From positions 1 to 64,000 of IMG/VR virus record IMGVR_UViG_3300010354_000062: a stretch of 64,000 bases of DNA. One strand, written 5' to 3'. Made by a program: the position numbers and the translations under genes. Numbering within the stretch: position 1 is the stretch's first letter; each line of letters begins with the position of its first letter. Origin of the DNA: a virus. This document shows, in pieces, positions 30,445-42,871 of the stretch. Under the pieces are notes generated by a model. The model made no database searches, was not told the DNA's origin, and worked only from the letters and a program-made list of their open reading frames with translations.

Positions 30445-31102
30445 AGAATAGTTCCTGTTTTGTTTCTACAGGGTATTTAAAATCTTTTACATCGATATCA
30501 AAAGTTCCGCTAAGGTTCCATAATTTTATTTTTTCATAAAAAATTTTGTTGTTTTCCTTATTCATATGACATGTTCTACCACTATCATACACATATTCAT
30601 TTATATTATATTTTTCATAATCCAATAAACTAATGTAGTGCATACAATTTTGATTATCATAGATACTGTCAGGGGTTACAGGAATCAGTAGTGCCTTTGG
30701 AAACATTTGTCTTATTGAATCAACTATTCCACGTTGGATAAGTGTTTCTCTACGATAATGCCATATATCTATAAAATAATCTTGAACACTATTTAGAATT
30801 TTCTTGTCCCACAGAGAAGCTGATTCTATTAACATTTTGGCAGAAAGATGATTTACAAAATGATTTTGTAATTTAAAATTGGGCATCCATAATCTACCAA
30901 TTGGCGGAGCAAATATTATTAACTTCTGATATTTTTTACTGTGTCGAAGTAATTGATCGTAAACATAAACTATACTTGCACCTTCTGCACTATAGTTGTC
31001 AAATTCAATATCTGCAGACAGTAATTCTACCCAACTATGATTGAATTTTTTATTTGGTACAGCAGAACTATCTCCAAATATTCCTAATTTTTTGTTCATC
31101 AT
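30428..31102 (-). CDS. SGNH/GDSL-like hydrolase-fold protein (putative)
   Basis: IFGDS block I, NYSAEGAS block II, late D...CH. Confidence 0.5.
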   Translation of the reverse strand: MMNKKLGIFGDSSAVPNKKFNHSWVELLSADIEFDNYSAEGASIVYVYDQLLRHSKKYQKLIIFAPPIGRLWMPNFKLQNHFVNHLSAKMLIESASLWDKKILNSVQDYFIDIWHYRRETLIQRGIVDSIRQMFPKALLIPVTPDSIYDNQNCMHYISLLDYEKYNINEYVYDSGRTCHMNKENNKIFYEKIKLWNLSGTFDIDVKDFKYPVETKQELFYDEIN

Positions 31103-31105
31103 AAG

Positions 31106-31696
31106 TTATTCAAAATATGTTAACCAACCAGTGATTATGTATTTGGTTCCTAATAATGGAGGATTACCTCTATGAGTATGAGAATATGTAGAAGGCCAAA
31201 AAAGTAATGTGCCTGTTTTAGGTTGAATTCTTTTATGAAGGTATAAAAATTCTGTCTCGCCACCGTGTTCTATATCATTCAAATACATCATAAATGTAAC
31301 AATTCTATTGGCTGTTTCGCAGCTGGTGTTTTCAAAATGCCAATTATGAAATCCCCCACCCGGGTCAGTGCGTTGAATCCTAAGCATGTAAAATCCATGC
31401 CTAGCAGCAGATTTAAGAATAGGAAATTCCTTACAGTAATCTTCGTAACATTCCCAAAATGAATTTATAAAAGGTAGTAGTATTGGCGATCCTTTAGGTA
31501 ATGTGATTACATCTGGATGCAACATAAACGCAGTTTCATCTTTACGTGATGTTGCTTTTGTTGTATACTGATCGTGATTAATTACAAGATTATACTGTCT
31601 AAGATCCTCAAAATATTTTATCATTGCAGCACAGTCTGTGTTTGATACAGCATTATCGTATATGCCAATAAAATCTTCTATTCTTTTTTCTATCAT
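31106..31696 (-). CDS. Fe(II)/2OG oxygenase, prolyl-4-hydroxylase-like (HxE)
   Basis: FHNWHFE, MYLNDIEHGGETEF, THRGNPP, KYIITGW. Confidence 0.88.
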   Translation of the reverse strand: MIEKRIEDFIGIYDNAVSNTDCAAMIKYFEDLRQYNLVINHDQYTTKATSRKDETAFMLHPDVITLPKGSPILLPFINSFWECYEDYCKEFPILKSAARHGFYMLRIQRTDPGGGFHNWHFENTSCETANRIVTFMMYLNDIEHGGETEFLYLHKRIQPKTGTLLFWPSTYSHTHRGNPPLLGTKYIITGWLTYFE

Positions 31697-32256
31697 AGTA
31701 TATTAAAATTAATATTGATTCTGACGTCTGATACTTTGTTAATTCCCGCAGCATGAAATAGGCTACCATTAAACAAGACAAATCTACCTTTTTTATGATT
31801 TATTTTTTTTAAAACTAATTCCTTTTTATGGTCTTGAAATATCATAGTATCGCCATCGCTGTCGTTAACATAATAAATTAATACCATATGGTCAGTAGGG
31901 GAGTCTACATGAGGAGTTGTATAATCACCTACATTGCCCGGTAACTTTAGCGTGAGATTAGCTTTTGATCTTGTTAAAGATTTAAAAGGGTACTTTGAAC
32001 GTTCTAAAAAACGACTTAACACAAAATCAGATATAAGATAATTTTCTGAATTACGAGATGATTCTAAATAAAAAACATGTGTTAGTAAAACACATTCGCT
32101 TGAACTACTGTTAGAATTGGTTTCTATATCGCGCTTGCTAGTTGTATAATGATTGTGACCTACAGATAAAAACCAAGGAAATTTAGGATCACGTAAAAAA
32201 CTTTCTATGTGATCTTTTTCTTTGTCGTTTAATAGTTCATCAAAAATTTCAATCAT
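31693..32256 (-). CDS. Fe(II)/2OG oxygenase (HxD)
   Basis: PHVD, IYYVNDSDGDT, FHAA, RININFN. Confidence 0.8.
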   Translation of the reverse strand: MIEIFDELLNDKEKDHIESFLRDPKFPWFLSVGHNHYTTSKRDIETNSNSSSSECVLLTHVFYLESSRNSENYLISDFVLSRFLERSKYPFKSLTRSKANLTLKLPGNVGDYTTPHVDSPTDHMVLIYYVNDSDGDTMIFQDHKKELVLKKINHKKGRFVLFNGSLFHAAGINKVSDVRININFNIL

Positions 32257-32257
32257 G

Positions 32258-32911
32258 TTAACCTGTAAAGGTCAAATATCGTTTGTTAGGAAAATAAAAT
32301 TTTGATACGATTTTGTTTAAGCGGCCTTCTTTATCAAACCCAATAAAAGGTCGTTTATCAAATTTATATTCAGCGTATGGTCCGTTAGCATCTACATAAT
32401 GACAGAAAAATTGTATATGATATGAGCCTTCAGGAGCAGTAAAAATTTCTCGCCAATGTTCTACTTCGCATCCTCTGTAGATTACCAAGTCGCCCGAATT
32501 CATTGTGCATGGAGTATCACCTACAATAATAGGCCACTTGTAGTCTGCACCACGATAATCGTATTCTAAAGTAACTGTGGTTGATATTTCACAACTAGGT
32601 CGATCCACATGCTTTACTAAATTAGCTCCTGGTCTGTACACTCTATAATAAGAATACGCAGGATGTAAACTTAAACCAGTATTTGTTTCTAGCAAAGGAT
32701 GCAGATACAATAGGAACGACTCCATTAATGTATCTGAATACTGGCTGTGAGAATTGTGAATCTGCGGTGTGGCGCCTTCTTCTAAAGATAAATCATTTCT
32801 TTCGTCTAATAGTGCATACATTGAAGCAATTTTTATAAGTTCTGGGGTTAATGCATTATTAACCTGCACATATTTGTTTTCTTTAAAGAATGTAGCGTTA
32901 TCCATAGTCAC
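32258..32911 (-). CDS. Fe(II)/2OG oxygenase (HxD)
   Basis: YSYYRVY, HVDRPSCEIS, GDLVIYRGCEVEHWRE. Confidence 0.8.
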   Translation of the reverse strand: MTMDNATFFKENKYVQVNNALTPELIKIASMYALLDERNDLSLEEGATPQIHNSHSQYSDTLMESFLLYLHPLLETNTGLSLHPAYSYYRVYRPGANLVKHVDRPSCEISTTVTLEYDYRGADYKWPIIVGDTPCTMNSGDLVIYRGCEVEHWREIFTAPEGSYHIQFFCHYVDANGPYAEYKFDKRPFIGFDKEGRLNKIVSKFYFPNKRYLTFTG

Positions 32912-32917
32912 TGTTAG

Positions 32918-33562
32918 TTACATATTTTGAATTGGTCGGTCATGCACCCATGTTACTAGACTGTACTTTGTACCAGATGTAACAGGATGGGCAATGTGCT
33001 TGTAGGCAAAATTTGACGGAAAAAGAATCAACATTCCTTTTTCAGGTTTAAGTTTGATTTTAAAATTTGGAAACTCAATATGACCGCCTTCGTAGTCGTC
33101 ATTTAAATAAACTACTGCACTTATAGCTCTGCCAGATGCCGTTCCTCCGTCATAATGGCCCTTATATTCTTCATTGGGTCTATATTTTAGTGCTTGGTAA
33201 GGTTCATGATACAGTAATTCGTGTATGTCATAGCGTTCTGTATATGGAATAGTTGTAGCTAACAATAAGAAATACATCTGATTATGAATGTCTTTCATCG
33301 CTTGATTATCTACTCCCTCCCCGGAAACTGTAATACCTAACCCAAGGTTAGTTCTAGCATTTTGTCTATGTCCCTGACCAACGGTCCCGGCACGACTCCA
33401 ACCAACTCCAGAATTTATATCAGAGCAACTTTGTTCTATTCTAGCAATAGTAATTTCAGGATCCGGCCATGCATTTTCAAAAATATCAATGCATCCGCCT
33501 ACTGTTGCACTAGGATTCAATCTACCTGTAAAAATATTGTTAACTAACATCTTATTCTTCAC
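32918..33562 (-). CDS. Fe(II)/2OG oxygenase, prolyl-4-hydroxylase-like (HxD)
   Basis: LKY, HYD, VYLNDDYEGG, FPSNFAYKH, KYSLVTW. Confidence 0.88.
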   Translation of the reverse strand: MKNKMLVNNIFTGRLNPSATVGGCIDIFENAWPDPEITIARIEQSCSDINSGVGWSRAGTVGQGHRQNARTNLGLGITVSGEGVDNQAMKDIHNQMYFLLLATTIPYTERYDIHELLYHEPYQALKYRPNEEYKGHYDGGTASGRAISAVVYLNDDYEGGHIEFPNFKIKLKPEKGMLILFPSNFAYKHIAHPVTSGTKYSLVTWVHDRPIQNM

Positions 33563-35150
33563 CTTTATGAATGTGTGTTTTTAAATATTGATATAGACTT
33601 GGACAGTCTTTTGCAATTTCTCGCCAACGTGCTTTACGGGCTTCGAACATTTGAAAAATATGATCAAAGGATCTTTTGTAATCATCTTTGTATAAAGTTT
33701 CTCGGAGTGTCACTGTTGTTCTATCTAAAACAAAGTAATTCATACCAACACTGATCCAATTAATACCAGCTATATTTGAATCGTGACTATATTCAAACAT
33801 TTTTGCACCTTGTAGTTTATAAAATCCTACCGCTGTTTCTGGTTCTAAATGAGGCATTCCTGGAGAATAGGTTCTCGATGCATTGGCCTTCCAATATTCT
33901 GTATCGTTTCTAATACTTAGGGCATAGTGCAAGGCAACAAACTGTGCAAAATTTCTCCACATGCCAAAGGTAGCAGCATTGTATACATCCTTGTCCCACT
34001 GTGTTACTGCTGGGCGCTCTAATGTTTTAATTAGTTTGAATAAGAATTCATGTACGGTATAAAGACCGTTTGACTCTAAAGGCTCAATAAAACCTGCGGC
34101 TAAACCAATAGCTACAACATTCTTGACAAAGGTTCGATTATGTATACCAACACGCATCTGAATATCTTTGAATTCTAATGCATCCACTTCCTCTCTAGTG
34201 CGAGGAACTATCATTTTATCACTCATCAAATGCTGCTTGAATTCTTCTTGGGCTGCTTCAGGAGAAATAAATTTATCACTGTATACATAACCAGTTCCTA
34301 ATCTTTCCCAACTAGGAATGTTCCATACCCAACCGTTACCAATAGCGGTGCTGTTGGTAAATGGTTCTAATTCTTTATCTTTATCTTTATAAGGTAATCT
34401 CGTAGCCCATGCTCTGTTGTTGGGCAACATATCAGCATAACTGATAAAAGGTTCGTTCAATGCACCTGCAAGTAAAATAGATTTAAATCCTGTGCAGTCA
34501 ACATAAAGGTCGGCTGATATAGAATCGCCTGAATCTAAAACCAATTTTTCAATACCATTATCGTTGACTTTTATGTCAACGACGGTTGCAGGAATATGTG
34601 TAACTCCGCGAGGCTTACAGTACCGTTCCCTTAACCATGCACCAAATTTAGTTGCATCAAAGTGGTATGCTACGTCTGAGTCTGGATTATAATTATCAAG
34701 CAAGCCGTATTTGTTTAATGAAAATTTATTCTGCTCCCATAGGGGTGAAGCAGGAAAAAAACAATCAACAAAATCTTGTATAGGAGTTTCGGGATATAGA
34801 GCTTTTTTAAGTAGCCAATCATTCATTCCGTTAACACAGCCCTCAACTAACGGCCGACCAAACGGATAATGAAATCCTCCCGCATCTTTTTCATAAAAAT
34901 CAGTAAATTTGATGCTCATTTTATAACTTGCATCTGTGTAAGTCATAAAATCTTGTTCGTCAATACCTAAAAAGTTACAGTAGTCATTAATGCCTCCAAG
35001 TGTGCTTTCGCCCACGCCAACAATTGGAACATTTGGACTTTCGATAACAACGATTTCTTTATTAGGAAATGCTTTTACGAGTGCTGCTGCACTCATCCAA
35101 CCTGCACTTCCACCTCCTACAATAAGAATTTTGTTAACTGGTTTTATCAT
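33552..35150 (-). CDS. Flavin-dependent halogenase (tryptophan halogenase/PrnA family)
   Basis: IVGGGSAGW, GVGEST, ASYKMSIKF (catalytic Lys position), YHFDA, DCTGF, GWVWNIP, GFIEPLESNG. Confidence 0.92.
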   Translation of the reverse strand: MIKPVNKILIVGGGSAGWMSAAALVKAFPNKEIVVIESPNVPIVGVGESTLGGINDYCNFLGIDEQDFMTYTDASYKMSIKFTDFYEKDAGGFHYPFGRPLVEGCVNGMNDWLLKKALYPETPIQDFVDCFFPASPLWEQNKFSLNKYGLLDNYNPDSDVAYHFDATKFGAWLRERYCKPRGVTHIPATVVDIKVNDNGIEKLVLDSGDSISADLYVDCTGFKSILLAGALNEPFISYADMLPNNRAWATRLPYKDKDKELEPFTNSTAIGNGWVWNIPSWERLGTGYVYSDKFISPEAAQEEFKQHLMSDKMIVPRTREEVDALEFKDIQMRVGIHNRTFVKNVVAIGLAAGFIEPLESNGLYTVHEFLFKLIKTLERPAVTQWDKDVYNAATFGMWRNFAQFVALHYALSIRNDTEYWKANASRTYSPGMPHLEPETAVGFYKLQGAKMFEYSHDSNIAGINWISVGMNYFVLDRTTVTLRETLYKDDYKRSFDHIFQMFEARKARWREIAKDCPSLYQYLKTHIHKGEE

Positions 35151-35524
35151 CTTGTGCTTTCCGCTAGAGCGAATACAATTGCATTTTCAAAATTTTGAAT
35201 TGTAACGTCATCAACCTCTGCTGGCGATAAATTAGTTAGATCATTATTTCTAAATGCGCCCATTTGATCGGCTAGCTGTTGTGTGTTAATTTTTTTATCT
35301 AAGAATGATTGATAAATTGCCACAACTTTAGCAACTAGATCTTTGATTTTTGTTTCATTTTGATTTCTAACAATAGCCTGAACCTTTAAACCGTCTAAAA
35401 GATCAATTGCTTTTAGATTAGGGGCTGGCGGCGAAACTACAGATGCTCCTTCCGGAGTCCAAACATGTTCAGTGCCTGGTGGTATTGTATATTCAACACC
35501 GTCTATAATTCTTTTTGTGCTCAT
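35147..35524 (-). CDS. Hypothetical protein
   Basis: ATGA overlaps on both sides within the operon. Confidence 0.65.
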   Translation of the reverse strand: MSTKRIIDGVEYTIPPGTEHVWTPEGASVVSPPAPNLKAIDLLDGLKVQAIVRNQNETKIKDLVAKVVAIYQSFLDKKINTQQLADQMGAFRNNDLTNLSPAEVDDVTIQNFENAIVFALAESTR

Positions 35525-36267
35525 TTTGCTTTCTCCTTGCGATTATTTTTTTTGAAGATATTGTACAGTTTACCAAGGCTATAGGAAATTCTTCGTCCTT
35601 TTAAAGCTGCCAATTCGTAATATTCTAATGTACAATACTCCGCGGCTATATTTATCGGCTTTTCAGTCAGCGGAATATACTTCTGAAAGGGTAATCCTGC
35701 ACTAAACTTAACAGTATAAGAACTAGACTTCTTAGGGAAAAATAGATTGACATTGGTTACAAAATTGTTATAAAACTGTATAACTCCGTCACAAAAAATT
35801 ACATCTTGATCATCAAACTCAGAAAAATAACTAGGTTTAGTTAAAAACCATTTTATGTCGCTGTTGCATTCAGCTATCCAAGGACTGATAATTTTAGCAT
35901 GAATATACTTGTCAGCTAGATGCGGAAACTGTCCGCTATCATGAGGTTGAACTAATTGAGTGTTAGGATAGTTATTAGAATAACGCCATTCTATGGCGCT
36001 GTTTGGACCGTCAATAAAAAATTCTAAATCAGACCAGCCTGGTATAGTTACTCCAGTAGTAAAATAATCATTTATAGCAGGACATCGTCTAATGGTTGGA
36101 GCTTTTAATGGTTCAAAATTGTCAGATACACTTCCGTCGCCGTTAAATGGAGGAGTTTTCTTAAACCATTCAGGAAACTTTTTTGAATGAGAAATGGGCG
36201 AAAGATTGCTAAGAAGGTAAGGATCAAAGGTTTTGAAAATAATTTCAATTGGTTTTGTTTTAAACAT
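35521..36267 (-). CDS. Hypothetical protein (PEWFK...TIRRCPAINDY...G)
   Basis: First gene of the minus-strand tailoring operon; function not recognised. Confidence 0.65.
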   Translation of the reverse strand: MFKTKPIEIIFKTFDPYLLSNLSPISHSKKFPEWFKKTPPFNGDGSVSDNFEPLKAPTIRRCPAINDYFTTGVTIPGWSDLEFFIDGPNSAIEWRYSNNYPNTQLVQPHDSGQFPHLADKYIHAKIISPWIAECNSDIKWFLTKPSYFSEFDDQDVIFCDGVIQFYNNFVTNVNLFFPKKSSSYTVKFSAGLPFQKYIPLTEKPINIAAEYCTLEYYELAALKGRRISYSLGKLYNIFKKNNRKEKAK

Positions 36268-36271
36268 TAAA

Positions 36272-36279
36272 TATTTATA
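36272..36279 (-). promoter_or_regulatory. T4-consensus late promoter TATAAATA heading the oxygenase/halogenase operon
   Basis: Reverse strand reads ctataaata-ttta-ATG(36267). Confidence 0.7.
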
Positions 36280-36305
36280 GACCTAAATCTTACATATAGC
36301 TAATC

Positions 36306-38748
<2,443 letters not shown>

Positions 38749-38776
38749 ATCAAAATATCCTGTATAATATAATAGC

Positions 38777-39160
38777 TTATTTAAACGAATTTGCTAACTG
38801 CAAAATAGTTTCTAATTTAGATTGAATAATATCGTTGTGCAAAGTTTGCTTTAGGCCGCTGTGTAAATTTTTTGGTAGTTCCAACAGATCGCACCAAGCA
38901 ATAGTCTTTACAGAATTAGTTAAAAATTCTTCATCTACTAGGCAAACATACGTGCCGTACTCAAATCCTTTGTCCATGCTTAGATAAAGTTCAATGGGCA
39001 AAATCTTACCAGGAGCGAATTGCTGAAGTAAGATTTCTGAGTCCTGTAGAACTGAACTTTCTCTCACAAAGGTAGGTATCGTCCATTTTTGATCTTGATG
39101 GATCAATAAAATTCTACCTGTAGATTTAGATAAAAATAGTAAACCGGCACGCTGCTGCAT
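38777..39160 (-). CDS. Degenerate NUDIX-fold-like protein
   Basis: AGLLF....GRILL....W.IP start typical of NUDIX strands, but no Nudix box; TAAGTA-N5-ATG. Confidence 0.4.
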   Translation of the reverse strand: MQQRAGLLFLSKSTGRILLIHQDQKWTIPTFVRESSVLQDSEILLQQFAPGKILPIELYLSMDKGFEYGTYVCLVDEEFLTNSVKTIAWCDLLELPKNLHSGLKQTLHNDIIQSKLETILQLANSFK

Positions 39161-39168
39161 GCCTTTAC

Positions 39169-40665
39169 TTATGCGTCTAAATCAAAGCGCCAATAACCTT
39201 CTGAATATTCACCTTCAAAGGAACGTAGCCATTGTGTACCGTCCCATTTATATTGAATGCCAGTGGTTAGATTACTCACATATTGATTTGGAGCAGCAGT
39301 TTCTGGATCAAAAGTCTTTAGCCAAGTTGAACCATTCCATTCTATAATCGTATTTGCTTTTATAACCAAATCAGATCCGGATAAGTCTTTCCATGCGTCA
39401 GGACCGTCATAGGCATTTAAGGAAGAATTATCATTACTCCACTTGTTGGTTTCTAAAAACTGTCCAACATTAGGACTAGTGTTTACGTCATCTAACATTA
39501 GATATCTAGTTCCCGCAGGTATATTTGCAATAGAACCAAATTTCTTTATTGGGTTAAACTTATAAGGATCAACTATGGCAGTTAGTGCTGCTAAGGTATT
39601 TGTTGGAATAGTATCAACATCTAACTCTACCACTAGGTAACTTGGATCTAACTCATTTACCGCAAACGTGCCTACTATTTCGTAACCGTTGGGTTGTAAG
39701 AAATGTATTCTGCTGGTTGGTGTATATCCACCATATAATTCTAAAACTTTGTTCCAATCAACTTTAGTAGCATAGGCCTTTGCCGGAGGATTTAGGCCCA
39801 AAGCGATAATAGCCTGATTAGGATCTAAAATAGTACAGTCGTACATGCCTGTTGAATTATTACGCATGAGTAAAACTTTAAATCCGCCTTTTTGCAATCT
39901 CAAATTTGTTGTAATTGCTAGGCTATCTGCATCAGAGTTTTGATCATCATAGATTAAATTTTCTAAATCTAGTAATTGACCCGATTCGCCAAAAATATTC
40001 ATAACAATATTTTTGATTATTCCTAATTTCTTAACCTTAGCCGGCGCAGTCAAGTATATTGGTGTTTCAAATTCTAATGTAGCGATATCTATTTCGCTTT
40101 CTGTACCTTGTGGTATTGTTCTAGAACTGAAATTCACACTGGTTAGCTGTACGATACTAAGACTGGTCCAATCAACATAATTGTCTGTAGTTTGTATTTC
40201 TAAACTTGGTGTGAACATCACTAGAATTTGTTCCAATAATTGTAATTTTTGATCAGTGTTACTGGTCCAAATATCTGCTTTGAATCTAATCTTATAGGGC
40301 ACAGGCATAAGGCGTTCAACAGTATAGCCACCGCCTTGGTAATCACCATAGACTCTATCGCCATTGTCGTCAAGTGTATAACTTCTTTCTCGAATGTTCA
40401 TCTTTCCAACAAAGCTGAAATCGCCCTGACGAGATTGATCCATTTCTAATGCACTGATATAGCAGGCAATCTTAGGCACAGTCAACAATTTGTTTTCGCT
40501 GTTTTCTTTGATAATTGCCGAAGCCTGACGTGTAAGATCTCCGTACATCACAGGCACTTGACGTTCTTCGGGAGTATCGCCACCAGTTTTATATTTGAAT
40601 CCAATAAAGATTCTCATAAACTGTGTTAGGTAACGTCTTATTTGACCGTCATAAAAATAATCCAT
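39169..40665 (-). CDS. gp15: Tail terminator/sheath stabiliser (T4 gp15-like) with C-terminal extension
   Basis: YFYDGQIRRY, VPVMYG, MPVPY, QLLEQILVMFTP, TLEFETPIYL. Confidence 0.8.
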   Translation of the reverse strand: MDYFYDGQIRRYLTQFMRIFIGFKYKTGGDTPEERQVPVMYGDLTRQASAIIKENSENKLLTVPKIACYISALEMDQSRQGDFSFVGKMNIRERSYTLDDNGDRVYGDYQGGGYTVERLMPVPYKIRFKADIWTSNTDQKLQLLEQILVMFTPSLEIQTTDNYVDWTSLSIVQLTSVNFSSRTIPQGTESEIDIATLEFETPIYLTAPAKVKKLGIIKNIVMNIFGESGQLLDLENLIYDDQNSDADSLAITTNLRLQKGGFKVLLMRNNSTGMYDCTILDPNQAIIALGLNPPAKAYATKVDWNKVLELYGGYTPTSRIHFLQPNGYEIVGTFAVNELDPSYLVVELDVDTIPTNTLAALTAIVDPYKFNPIKKFGSIANIPAGTRYLMLDDVNTSPNVGQFLETNKWSNDNSSLNAYDGPDAWKDLSGSDLVIKANTIIEWNGSTWLKTFDPETAAPNQYVSNLTTGIQYKWDGTQWLRSFEGEYSEGYWRFDLDA

Positions 40666-42056
40666 TATTCATCTGCCTCTGGTCTCAAAGCCTTGCTGAG
40701 ACTTTGTTTTTCTTTTACTGTTTTGCCGTTGATCTGTGATACCTTAGTGTTGTTTACAAATCCAGCACGTTGAGTATTTGGTACATCTTTGCCTTCGTAA
40801 CGAGCGCCGTCTGCAACATCACTTGGACCTAACTTGCTCATTGTTGTTCTCACATTGTCCTCTACTTTGGTCCATCTACGTCCATCAAATCTAAACAGCC
40901 TATTAGGCGAAAAATCTTTGCGCAGGCAAAATTGACCTATGACAGGATTCAAAGGGAACGCAATGCCAGCTGTATACGGAGCCCCATTGGGAGGTATCCC
41001 ATCGCCAAGTAGAAATCCGTCGTATCCTGATTTTGCTGCTGTATGAAATGCTGTGCTGGCAGTTATACCAACATATATTGGGTCACCATTATCATCAAAT
41101 AAAGGATTACCTGCTTCATCAGTTGCCTGTGTTTGTACACTTGCATCTATGTCGTTTAGATCAACAGTAACTATAGCTGGACGTTGATCTTCGTCTACGG
41201 TTAGAGTATATAACTGGGTAGTATCGTATCCGCTCTTAGGAGCATCTGCTTCGGCTTGATCAAGAACTGCCTTGGTAATCTGCATTTCTTTTTCGTAGGT
41301 GCTCATTATTTCTCTGAGAGAATCAGCAAGTTTATAATAGGTAGTATTTGGCGGTGCTATACCAGTAACTGTTGATATGACTTCGTATTTTTTACCGTCA
41401 CTACCTATTACAATATCGCCTGGATCATAGGTAATAGCACTATTCCAATTACCAACTAGAGCATCCCTATTAGCTACATCTTCTAATATTTCTTTAAATT
41501 CTTGACTGTCTACTAGGGGTTTACATTTAGCTCGATAAAGGTGAGGATACCAAGTAACTGAAAATCCTTCTGCTGCACGATTGACCTCTTCAACTACATA
41601 GAATCTACGTAAAGCAAAGTTTAAATCGTTGAGAGCGTATTCATCTTTTAAGTGAGGTAATTCTAGTACATCACCTGATATAATTTTACGACCTAATTTT
41701 TCAACTGTATCATTAATATGAAAGGTAATAAAAATTGTGTCATTCTGTAAAAACAAACCAAACTGACTGAGATTAAAATCTATATCAGTGAGGTTATAAA
41801 CACCACGCATTATGTAAACATCTGGATCATATTTGCGATCTCTGTTTTCAAGCAATAGCAAATCTTGTATGTTTAAAGGATCGTCGTTGTTATAAACAGG
41901 TTGGCTAGGACTGCCATCAGATGAGGATGTATTAGGACCTAGATATTTGTGTATTAGGACATCAGTGCCGCCAACCTGAAACATTTCCCAAATATTGCGG
42001 TCTATAAACTTGTAATCGTTGCCCTTTTGCGGGCGATAAAGGCTTAATCGTGGCAT
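40665..42056 (-). CDS. gp14: Neck/head-closure protein (T4 gp14-like), extended
   Basis: DLLLLENRDRKY, LSQFGL, GDVLELPHL; adjacent to gp13 and gp15. Confidence 0.7.
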   Translation of the reverse strand: MPRLSLYRPQKGNDYKFIDRNIWEMFQVGGTDVLIHKYLGPNTSSSDGSPSQPVYNNDDPLNIQDLLLLENRDRKYDPDVYIMRGVYNLTDIDFNLSQFGLFLQNDTIFITFHINDTVEKLGRKIISGDVLELPHLKDEYALNDLNFALRRFYVVEEVNRAAEGFSVTWYPHLYRAKCKPLVDSQEFKEILEDVANRDALVGNWNSAITYDPGDIVIGSDGKKYEVISTVTGIAPPNTTYYKLADSLREIMSTYEKEMQITKAVLDQAEADAPKSGYDTTQLYTLTVDEDQRPAIVTVDLNDIDASVQTQATDEAGNPLFDDNGDPIYVGITASTAFHTAAKSGYDGFLLGDGIPPNGAPYTAGIAFPLNPVIGQFCLRKDFSPNRLFRFDGRRWTKVEDNVRTTMSKLGPSDVADGARYEGKDVPNTQRAGFVNNTKVSQINGKTVKEKQSLSKALRPEADE

Positions 42057-42061
42057 AACTG

Positions 42062-42082
42062 TATTTACCGATACACTAAATA
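42062..42082. promoter_or_regulatory. Back-to-back late promoters in a 31-bp divergent gap
   Basis: Minus TAAATA 42067-42062, 5 nt before ATG 42056; plus TAAATA 42077-42082, 5 nt before ATG 42088. Confidence 0.75.
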
Positions 42083-42087
42083 GCTAT

Positions 42088-42846
42088 ATGAGCCAAGTTG
42101 ACCAATCTAGACAGGAAGTCTATAATTACTGTAAAACCATGTTGGGCGACGGCATGGTTGATGTTGAGCTTGATCCAGCACACTATCAAACTGCGCTAGA
42201 TCGTGCCCTTGCTGTTTTTCGGCAGCGCAGTGACAATGCCTACGAAGAAAGTTTTGCATTTTTAACCATACAAAACGAACAAAACGAATATATTCTGCCT
42301 AAAGAAATTCAGCAGGTAAGACAAATTTACCGTCGTAGTATTGGCAGTAGAACGGGTAGTGGTTCAGGTGGTACAGTATTTGAACCTTTTAACTTGGCAT
42401 ATTCTAATACCTATTTGCTTAGTTCAACCAATATGGGCGGTTTACTAACCTATGAATTATTTGCTGGGTATCAAGAATTAGTAGGTAAGATGTTTGGTAG
42501 TTTTATCAACTTTCATTGGAATCCACAAGCACATAAATTAACTATCCACCAGCGTCCTCGCAGTGATGAAGAAGTTATGTTGTGGTGCTATAATGTCAAA
42601 CCAGACTTTGCCATCATCAACGATGTCTATGCTGGACAATGGGTGAAAGATTTCAGCCTAGCCAACTGTAAAATGATGCTAGGACAGGCACGTGAAAAGT
42701 TTGCTCAGATTGCAGGACCTCAGGGCGGAAGCAGCCTCAACGGTGCTGCTTTAAAGTCTGAAGCACAAGCTGAAATTGAAAAGCTCACTGATGACCTAAT
42801 GAAATTGGTCCCCGGTGGCCAAGGATATACTTTTATCATAGGTTGA
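42088..42846 (+). CDS. gp13: Neck protein (T4 gp13-like)
   Basis: LGDGMVDVEL, WVKDFSLA, LGQAREKF, GGSSLNG. Confidence 0.85.
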   Translation: MSQVDQSRQEVYNYCKTMLGDGMVDVELDPAHYQTALDRALAVFRQRSDNAYEESFAFLTIQNEQNEYILPKEIQQVRQIYRRSIGSRTGSGSGGTVFEPFNLAYSNTYLLSSTNMGGLLTYELFAGYQELVGKMFGSFINFHWNPQAHKLTIHQRPRSDEEVMLWCYNVKPDFAIINDVYAGQWVKDFSLANCKMMLGQAREKFAQIAGPQGGSSLNGAALKSEAQAEIEKLTDDLMKLVPGGQGYTFIIG

Positions 42847-42871
42847 CATTAATCTTTAACGATCTTAAACT
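42843..42871 (+). promoter_or_regulatory. Sigma70-like promoter for dNMP kinase
   Basis: TTGACA-N17-TAAACT. Confidence 0.65.
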
